Virus record (IMG/VR): IMGVR_UViG_3300048694_001134
Span: 1-64,000 of that record
Strand: one strand, 5' to 3'
Length of the DNA stretch: 64,000 bases
Source of the DNA: a virus
Shown here: positions 57,606 to 64,000 of the stretch, piece after piece
How the letters are laid out: every line of letters starts with the position of its first letter
Position numbering within the stretch: position 1 is the first letter of the stretch
Notes under the pieces: generated by a model
Seen by the model: only the letters and a program-made list of their open reading frames with translations
Databases searched by the model: none
Told to the model about the DNA's origin: nothing
Made by a program: the position numbers and the translations under genes

Positions 57606-59317
57606 TTATATTTAAAACGATACGTTGGAAAAACCTTCTAAGCACGGGAAACGCATTTACAGAAATATCCCTCAACACTCATAATCAAACATTGATCGTG
57701 GGTGAGAACGGCGCAGGCAAGTCAACAATACTTGACGCACTTTCTTTTGCTTTATATGGCAAACCTTTCCGAAAAGTTAATAAAGGTCAGTTGATTAACT
57801 CTATTAACAACAAAGGGCTTGTTGTTGAGTGTGAATTTGGTATTGGTAGCAAAAACTATTTGGTTCGACGTGGTGCAAAACCAAACTTGTTTGAAATACA
57901 AGTAGACGGCACATCTCTGAATCAGGATGCATCAGCTAACGATTTCCAAGAGATGCTAGAGAAGCATATCCTCAAGCTAAGTCATAAAACGTTTTCACAA
58001 GTTGTTGTTTTGGGAAGTGCTTCGTTTGTTCCGTTTATGCAACTAGCTGCACAGCCACGGCGCGAAGTGATCGAGGACTTATTAGACATCCAAGTGTTCA
58101 CAACAATGAACGTTTTGTTGAAAGATAAAATTACATCCAATAGAAGTCAAATTACAGATGTCGATTATAAGACTCACAGTACAGAAGAAAAAATAGAGAT
58201 TGAGGCTTCACACCTTTCAACGCTTGAGCAAAACAATGACGCTCTTAAAAAGCAGAAGATGCTACAGATTAGTGAATACATAAAGCAGGTGAATGATGTT
58301 AGTGAACAAACAACTAAACTATTGCGCGAGATTGCCGAACTATCAAGTACTATTGCAGATCAAGACAAGGTACGGTCAAGGCTGGAGAAAGTCGGCACGT
58401 TGGCAAGACAAATTCGTAGCCGACGCGATTCGATTATCAAAGAGGCAGAATTCTTTGATGTCAATCACGACTGTCCAACTTGTCGTCAAGGCATTGCCGT
58501 GGAACACAGGACCCAGATCGTTGAAGAAGCAAATGCAAAACTTGCTGAAATTGAACAGGGTGAACAAAAGATTACAGAAGAACTGGACCGTCTTAATACA
58601 AGACTCACCGACATCTCAAATATACTCACTGCCATATCTTCTAAACAAACCGAAGCGCATACGCATCAAATTAGGTCCGCCCAGCTCGAGCAGTTTATTC
58701 AATCCATCAAGGGAGAGCTCGACCAGCTGAATGAGACAAAACAATTTGATACAACTAAGACATCTTTAAAGGAACTTAAACGTACTTTAGGAAACTTAAA
58801 AGAAGAAAAAGAACAGCTGGTCAATCAAAGAGCTGTTCTTGATGTTGCTGGTGTTCTCTTGAAAGATGCTGGTATAAAAACAAAAATTATTCGTCAGTAC
58901 ATCCCAGTTATTAACAAATTGATTAATAAGTACTTAGCGGCAATGGACTTCTTTGTCAACTTTGAGCTAAACGAAAACTTTGAGGAAACAATCAAATCTC
59001 GCTTTAGGGATGAGTTTAGTTATGCGTCGTTTAGTGAGGGTGAGAAATCAAGAATTGATCTCGCCTTGTTGTTTACATGGCGTGCTGTTTCTAGATTGCG
59101 TAACAGTGCAAGTACAAATTTGTTGATTCTTGATGAGGTGTTTGATGGCTCTTTGGACACGCAAGGTAACGAAGAGCTATTAAAGATACTTCAAACGGTG
59201 ACGGAAGGTAATAATGTGTTTGTCATATCTCATAAAACGGATGCTTACCTTGATAAGTTTGAGCGTGTATTGAAATTCCAAAAACAAAAGAACTTTAGTG
59301 TAATGGTAGAATCATGA
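57602..59317 (+). CDS. gp46: Recombination ATPase gp46 (Rad50/SbcC-like)
   Basis: GENGAGKST, CPTC zinc hook, FSEGEK signature, LILDEVFD. Confidence 0.95.
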   Translation: MIIFKTIRWKNLLSTGNAFTEISLNTHNQTLIVGENGAGKSTILDALSFALYGKPFRKVNKGQLINSINNKGLVVECEFGIGSKNYLVRRGAKPNLFEIQVDGTSLNQDASANDFQEMLEKHILKLSHKTFSQVVVLGSASFVPFMQLAAQPRREVIEDLLDIQVFTTMNVLLKDKITSNRSQITDVDYKTHSTEEKIEIEASHLSTLEQNNDALKKQKMLQISEYIKQVNDVSEQTTKLLREIAELSSTIADQDKVRSRLEKVGTLARQIRSRRDSIIKEAEFFDVNHDCPTCRQGIAVEHRTQIVEEANAKLAEIEQGEQKITEELDRLNTRLTDISNILTAISSKQTEAHTHQIRSAQLEQFIQSIKGELDQLNETKQFDTTKTSLKELKRTLGNLKEEKEQLVNQRAVLDVAGVLLKDAGIKTKIIRQYIPVINKLINKYLAAMDFFVNFELNENFEETIKSRFRDEFSYASFSEGEKSRIDLALLFTWRAVSRLRNSASTNLLILDEVFDGSLDTQGNEELLKILQTVTEGNNVFVISHKTDAYLDKFERVLKFQKQKNFSVMVES

Positions 59318-59835
59318 TAATGAATCTTGTGAAAAGTGATGATGTGATCCTTCGTACTCCAGCATCCGCGTTCGACTTCTCAAATCCACCACACGATCCG
59401 TCACAACTTGCACGGGACTTGTTTGAAACGATGCTTGAGCACAAAGAAAGCAGCTTATCAGCCCCTCAGTGTGGATTACCATACAAAGTATTAGTCATAA
59501 GCGCAAACCCTGGACTAGCTTGTTTTAACCCGCGTATAATCGATGTATCCCAGGAACAAATTCTCCTCGAAGAACGGTGCGTGTCTTTCCCACACCTTTT
59601 CTTGAATGTCAAGCGGCCTCGACGCATTAAGGTCCGCTACACGCAAGCTAATGGAGAAACAGTTACACAAACATACGATGGTCTCACTTCTCGCTTGTTT
59701 CAACATGAGGTTGACCATTTGAATGGTATTGTGTATACTAACCGCGCAAATAAAATTCACCTTGAACGCGCATTGCGAAAAAAGAAGGAGCTAGATCGTA
59801 TGGTAAAAAAAGCTGAGGCAAGAGGTCTTGCATGA
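59314..59835 (+). CDS. def: Peptide deformylase with degenerate motifs 1 and 2
   Basis: SLSAPQCG, NPRI, ERCVSFP, FQHEVDHLNG. Confidence 0.85.
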   Translation: MIMNLVKSDDVILRTPASAFDFSNPPHDPSQLARDLFETMLEHKESSLSAPQCGLPYKVLVISANPGLACFNPRIIDVSQEQILLEERCVSFPHLFLNVKRPRRIKVRYTQANGETVTQTYDGLTSRLFQHEVDHLNGIVYTNRANKIHLERALRKKKELDRMVKKAEARGLA

Positions 59836-60590
59836 ACGTAGTTATATTTGGTAATGGAAAGGTCGGCAAGGCTACCGATCTTACAATGAAGTTGAATGCC
59901 GACTTCCATGATCCATACAAAGGATTGGTAGTCAATGACTTTTCAAAGTATGATATTGCTATTATTTGTGTATCGTCTTTGAATGATGGTCCTTATGATC
60001 ATGATGCAATATATCAATGCCTCGACACACTTAATAAAGCTGCGTTCGCAGGAACTATTGCAATTCGCTGCACAGTTTCACCAGTATTCCTACGAGCGTG
60101 GGATATTCAATTCCCCAACTTGAAGATGATTCACTTTCCCGAGTTTATGAAACAAGGTGACGAGGAATATCTCGATAAGCCATGGATTCTTGTTCTTGGC
60201 GGTGATATGAAACTGACTGTACCGTTTGGAAAGTGGCTTGTCGATAATGGTTACGGTCATGAAGAGCAATGGCATTTTTGCACGAAGGTTGAGAGCGCGT
60301 TGATCAAGTTGCATCAAAACGCTGGACTGGCGTTGAAGGTTGTTTACGCAAATATTATGTACGAGGCGTGTGAAGCGTTTGGAGCTGATTATGAAGTTGT
60401 CAGAAAAGGTGTCGCTGCTGATGTTCGTGTTGGGCCAGGTCACCTACAGGTTCCTGGAGAACATGGCTTTGGTTTTGCTGGTCATTGCTTGCCTAAAGAT
60501 TTGAGATGTTTAGACAGGGTTGCTTTTAATAGAGGGTTCTGGGAAAATGTACTTCATGTTAATGAAGAGTTAGGGAAAAAGAATGTCTAA
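59832..60590 (+). CDS. Truncated UDP-glucose/GDP-mannose dehydrogenase family protein
   Basis: Rossmann GNGKVG, PEF, IKL..N..LA.KV..AN, D.RVG and GFAGHCLPKD; lacks the C-terminal UDP-binding domain. Confidence 0.8.
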   Translation: MNVVIFGNGKVGKATDLTMKLNADFHDPYKGLVVNDFSKYDIAIICVSSLNDGPYDHDAIYQCLDTLNKAAFAGTIAIRCTVSPVFLRAWDIQFPNLKMIHFPEFMKQGDEEYLDKPWILVLGGDMKLTVPFGKWLVDNGYGHEEQWHFCTKVESALIKLHQNAGLALKVVYANIMYEACEAFGADYEVVRKGVAADVRVGPGHLQVPGEHGFGFAGHCLPKDLRCLDRVAFNRGFWENVLHVNEELGKKNV

Positions 60591-61491
60591 ACAAATTGCG
60601 TATAGCGAGATCTTTCATTCGATTCAGGGCGAAGGACATTATTGTGGCCGGCCAACGGCCTGGCTAAGATTCTTTCTTTGCAACCTACAGTGCGATGGTT
60701 TTGGTCAGAAGGATCCTACAGACCCTTCAACGTATGTGTTACCTTACAAGATGATCAAGGTGGAGGACTATAAGAAGTTAGAAGATCTACCTGTGTGGAA
60801 GTATGGCTGTGATTCTTCTTATTCGTGGTCAGCAAAGTTTAAGCACTTACAACATAAGCATACAGCGGCTGAAATTTGCGATCGTATTCGCCAGTCAATG
60901 TATCATCCTAATAACCCTGAGGGACTATTCAATAAGTCTGACGGGACAGAACAACATCTTTGCTTCACGGGCGGTGAGCCTTTAATGAAGCATGCACAGA
61001 TGGCAGCAATTGATATTGTTGATCACTTTGTAAGTGAGGGTGATTATCCTCATTATATGACCTGGGAAACGAATGGTACACAGCCACTGACGTCAGAGTT
61101 TGCGAATTACTTTGGTGACTACGCTGGTGAGGTGTTCTTCTCTGTATCGCCGAAGCTGTGGAGAACATCCGGTGAGAAACCAGAAGATGCAATTAAACCA
61201 GAGATTGTTAGATCATACACAGAAATATCTTCGTGGGGACAACTAAAGTTTGTCGTCAACGGAACGGAAGAATCATGGAACGAGCTAGAGGAAACTGTAG
61301 CTAAGTTCCGCGAAGCAGGCGTGACATATCCTGTCTGGATTATGGGTGTTGGTGCAACACTTGAAGCTCAGAAGGGAACCGAAGCTGGTTATATCGGCGA
61401 AGCGAAGATTGCTACAGAAGCATTCAAGCGTGGTTACAACTATTCCTCACGTGTGCATGTGCATATATGGGGAAACACAATGGGAACTTAA
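60583..61491 (+). CDS. queE: 7-carboxy-7-deazaguanine synthase (radical SAM)
   Basis: EIFHSIQGEG, CNLQC...CDS, FTGGEPL, ETNGT, SVSPKL, LKFVV, RVHVHIWGN. Confidence 0.88.
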   Translation: MSKQIAYSEIFHSIQGEGHYCGRPTAWLRFFLCNLQCDGFGQKDPTDPSTYVLPYKMIKVEDYKKLEDLPVWKYGCDSSYSWSAKFKHLQHKHTAAEICDRIRQSMYHPNNPEGLFNKSDGTEQHLCFTGGEPLMKHAQMAAIDIVDHFVSEGDYPHYMTWETNGTQPLTSEFANYFGDYAGEVFFSVSPKLWRTSGEKPEDAIKPEIVRSYTEISSWGQLKFVVNGTEESWNELEETVAKFREAGVTYPVWIMGVGATLEAQKGTEAGYIGEAKIATEAFKRGYNYSSRVHVHIWGNTMGT

Positions 61492-61492
61492 T

Positions 61493-62020
61493 ATGTGGGA
61501 CTCAACACTAGGCAATAGACCAATTCAATACAAATACACATCGACGAAAGAATATGTCGATGCATTTCCGTGTGCATACCGTCAGTGGAGAGCTGATAGT
61601 CATTGCAATTTGATTCATGGCTATAGTTTTAGCATGAAGTTTTATTTTGGAACAAACGATCTCGATGTCCGTAATTGGGCTGCGGATTATGGTGGCCTGA
61701 AGGACTTGAAGAAGATTCTAGAGGATCAGTTTGATCACACCCTCTTGGTTGCGGAGGATGATCCTTACCTATCAGTGTATGAAGAGTTAGCAAACAAGAA
61801 CTTGGCCAAGCTAACTGTCCTTCCGAAACTAGGTTGTGAGGGATTGGCTGACCAACTTTACAAGTTTGTTAATGGTGTTTATATTCCAGACCATTGGGGT
61901 CCTGGTGAAGCAGAGCGTCTATGGTGCTATCGTGTCGAGGTTCGTGAGACACAGGCCAACATGGCGTTTAGAGAAGGACATCGCGAATGGAATGAAGACC
62001 TCTTTGAGGACGTGAGGTAA
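61493..62020 (+). CDS. queD: 6-carboxy-5,6,7,8-tetrahydropterin synthase
   Basis: HCNLIHGY, DYGGLK, FDHTLL, VEVRET. Start MWDS (61493). Confidence 0.82.
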   Translation: MWDSTLGNRPIQYKYTSTKEYVDAFPCAYRQWRADSHCNLIHGYSFSMKFYFGTNDLDVRNWAADYGGLKDLKKILEDQFDHTLLVAEDDPYLSVYEELANKNLAKLTVLPKLGCEGLADQLYKFVNGVYIPDHWGPGEAERLWCYRVEVRETQANMAFREGHREWNEDLFEDVR

Positions 62021-62025
62021 TCAAC

Positions 62026-62235
62026 ATGGCGTTCAAACAGTTTAGTTGGGTTCCTGATGGAACTTACGACCACCTCAACTTTTTTGTTCGTTATGTAATT
62101 GTTGACGGTAACGCGAAAACAGTTATTTCAAAGATATGGGTTGACAAAGGTGGTCCAGATCATGTATCATTGGAATTGAAACAACCATGGGGATCGTTTC
62201 CTGATTTTCCACCAAAGCCAGAAAAGAAAGGTTAA
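62026..62235 (+). CDS. Hypothetical protein
   Basis: 69 aa ORF filling the gap, GAGG RBS. Confidence 0.55.
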   Translation: MAFKQFSWVPDGTYDHLNFFVRYVIVDGNAKTVISKIWVDKGGPDHVSLELKQPWGSFPDFPPKPEKKG

Positions 62236-62236
62236 T

Positions 62237-62941
62237 ATGGCAGTAGATTGTAATGAGCACGGTGAATACTTTTCAGACGTTGTTCGTAGACGCTTGAAAG
62301 AATCAAACAAACGCTTTTGGGCAAGTGATAACATCTCCGATGTACTACAGGAGAGGGAACTGCCAATGCTTGTTGAAGAGCTTACGGATAAGTTTCAAGG
62401 GGTGCTCAAATCCCTCGTCATTGACACAGACAATGATCCCAACTCACATGATACTGCGCGTCGTCTTGCGAAGATGTATGTTTACGAACTGATGGCAGGT
62501 CGGTACGAGCCACGTCCATCTGCTACTGCATTTCCCAATGAGGGCCCAGATCGCTTTGAAGGAATGCTTGTTGTTCGTGCTGAGCTGGTATCGATGTGTT
62601 CACATCACCATCAGCCAGTGAAGGGAACAGCTATCATTGGTATTATTCCTACAGGCGAGGTAATTGGTCTTTCAAAGTATGCGCGTATTGCACAGTGGTG
62701 CGCCCGCCGCGGTACGCTCCAAGAAGATCTTGCTAATCAGATTGCTAGGGAAATTATGAGAGCCACAGATACTGAGAACTGTGCTGTGTATGTCCAAGCT
62801 ACTCATGGGTGTATGGAGAACCGTGGTGTTATGGCTCATTCAAGTTTGACTCAGACGTGTGTGGTACATGGTTTGTTCCATAATGACTCCGTCAAGTCAG
62901 AATTTATGTCGCACGTTAAGTTACAACTATTGAGCAAGTAA
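62237..62941 (+). CDS. folE: GTP cyclohydrolase I
   Basis: TARRLAKMY, SMCSHHHQP, IGLSKYARI, LQE, HGCMENRG. Confidence 0.93.
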   Translation: MAVDCNEHGEYFSDVVRRRLKESNKRFWASDNISDVLQERELPMLVEELTDKFQGVLKSLVIDTDNDPNSHDTARRLAKMYVYELMAGRYEPRPSATAFPNEGPDRFEGMLVVRAELVSMCSHHHQPVKGTAIIGIIPTGEVIGLSKYARIAQWCARRGTLQEDLANQIAREIMRATDTENCAVYVQATHGCMENRGVMAHSSLTQTCVVHGLFHNDSVKSEFMSHVKLQLLSK

Positions 62942-63303
62942 TGGCTAAGGTATACTTTTGTAAGTTTACAGACAAGACATCAAAGAAAGTATTCTACAAA
63001 TTCGGTCACACGAAATACAGCGATGTACTGAAACGTTTTAATACTCAGTTTGATGAGCGATACGGTCTTTTTGACATTAAATGTGTTGCAAGCATTGCGG
63101 GGGATTTACATTGGTGTATTGAGATAGAAGAACTACTGAAGACGTTGTTTCCGAAGAACATCTGGCTTGAGGAGTTTTTTAACGATGAAAGAACGTGGGA
63201 TGATTTCTCAGGCATTACAGAGATAGTTGAATTGGATGACACACAGTACACAAGAATTTGTAAGGCGTTTTATAGACTTAAGGCGTTACGATATGGACAA
63301 TGA
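62941..63303 (+). CDS. Small GIY-YIG / T5orf172-like nuclease-fold protein
   Basis: KVYFCKF...FYKFGHT.....KRF, a conserved Glu (IEE) and GITE. Confidence 0.45.
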   Translation: MAKVYFCKFTDKTSKKVFYKFGHTKYSDVLKRFNTQFDERYGLFDIKCVASIAGDLHWCIEIEELLKTLFPKNIWLEEFFNDERTWDDFSGITEIVELDDTQYTRICKAFYRLKALRYGQ

Positions 63304-63679
63304 TAATTTTAGTTTTATTTGGGTGACGTTCCAGAAGGAAGGCATCCACAAATATCCCGCGGCCGCTACAGACCCAAGACTGGCTACGGGTGATTGGTTG
63401 GATGTCAGCTTTCTTGGAACGCCACACAGACACATCTTTCACTTTCGCGTAGAGATGGAAGTGTTTCATGATGATCGCGATGTTGAATTTATTCAAGCAA
63501 AGCGTATAATGGAGCGTTGGTACTCTGACGGCACGTTGCAACTTGACTATAAGTCTTGTGAGATGATGGCGAAAGAGTTACACAAGAAGTGCGCTGCACA
63601 ATGGCCAGACCGCACATATGTGATCGAAGTCTCCGAGGACGGAGAGAACGGTTGTCGCATTTATTTCCCGAAAGGTTGA
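63293..63679 (+). CDS. T-fold (QueD-like) protein of phage deazaguanine clusters
   Basis: EGIHKYP, HRHIFHFRV, DRDVEFI, SCEM, VSEDGENG. Start MDND (63293). Confidence 0.55.
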   Translation: MDNDNFSFIWVTFQKEGIHKYPAAATDPRLATGDWLDVSFLGTPHRHIFHFRVEMEVFHDDRDVEFIQAKRIMERWYSDGTLQLDYKSCEMMAKELHKKCAAQWPDRTYVIEVSEDGENGCRIYFPKG

Positions 63680-63681
63680 TC

Positions 63682-64000
63682 TTGATTAACTTCTGCCACA
63701 TCTCACCCACAGCTTATCTCGATAAGTACACTAAGAGTAACGGAGCGCACTTGCTTCTTGCCCACTTGGTTGAAGAGGATTCACAATATCGCGATTACTA
63801 TGCGAACCTCAACGACAACAAGTACAAGATTATGGATAACAGTGCTTTCGAGATGTTTAAGCTCGGACGTCCGATGTATGAGTCGTCAAAGCTGATTGAA
63901 ATGGGCAAGGCATGCAATGCAAATTGCATCGTGCTTTCCGATTACCCCAAGCAACCTTCACGAGTGACAGTGGAAGCCGCTAAGCGGTTGATCCCCGAGT
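63682..64000 (+). CDS. Partial TGT/DpdA-like (guanine transglycosylase fold) protein
   Basis: Not in the ORF track (no stop in the window). TTG at 63682 reads MINFCHISPTAYL...HLLLAHLV...KIMDNSAFEMF...IVLSDYP. DNSAF resembles the catalytic DSG(G/A)F of TGT-fold enzymes; adjacent to folE/queD/queE. Confidence 0.5.
   Translation, partial: MINFCHISPTAYLDKYTKSNGAHLLLAHLVEEDSQYRDYYANLNDNKYKIMDNSAFEMFKLGRPMYESSKLIEMGKACNANCIVLSDYPKQPSRVTVEAAKRLIPE

Overview
This 64 kb window is part of a large T4-superfamily (T4-like) myophage genome, not a cellular chromosome. Gene order: a minus-strand block (putative tape measure, gp51, gp26, tube-like gp54, gp2, gp4); the baseplate (gp48, 53, hub, 5, 25, 6, 7, 8); a VrlC/DUF4815-like structural gene split into three pieces; fibre genes; an enzyme cassette (two glycosyltransferases, an oxygenase/cupin, a sulfotransferase-like protein, a methyltransferase); neck, terminase, tail and head genes (gp13-gp23, gp3); uvsY/uvsW/gp55/gp47/gp46; peptide deformylase; a UDP-glucose dehydrogenase-like gene; and a 7-deazaguanine cluster (queE, queD, folE, a T-fold protein, a partial TGT/DpdA-like gene). 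Four observations stand out. (1) Two paralogous Tyr/Gly tetrapeptide-repeat proteins have mirror-symmetric arms of equal length (about 384/384 and 118/119 aa) around a three-loop tip, suggesting giant beta-hairpin fibres. (2) A modification cassette lies directly behind them, and the virion proteins are dense in N-x-S/T sequons, suggesting a phage-encoded virion decoration system. (3) An in-frame T TTT TTT slippery site could fuse gp26 to gp51 in a lambda V-G-T-H-like arrangement. (4) A non-splicing Hint domain and a permuted papain-like peptidase interrupt the VrlC-like gene. All assignments come from motif recognition and synteny by eye; no searches were run, and counts are manual.
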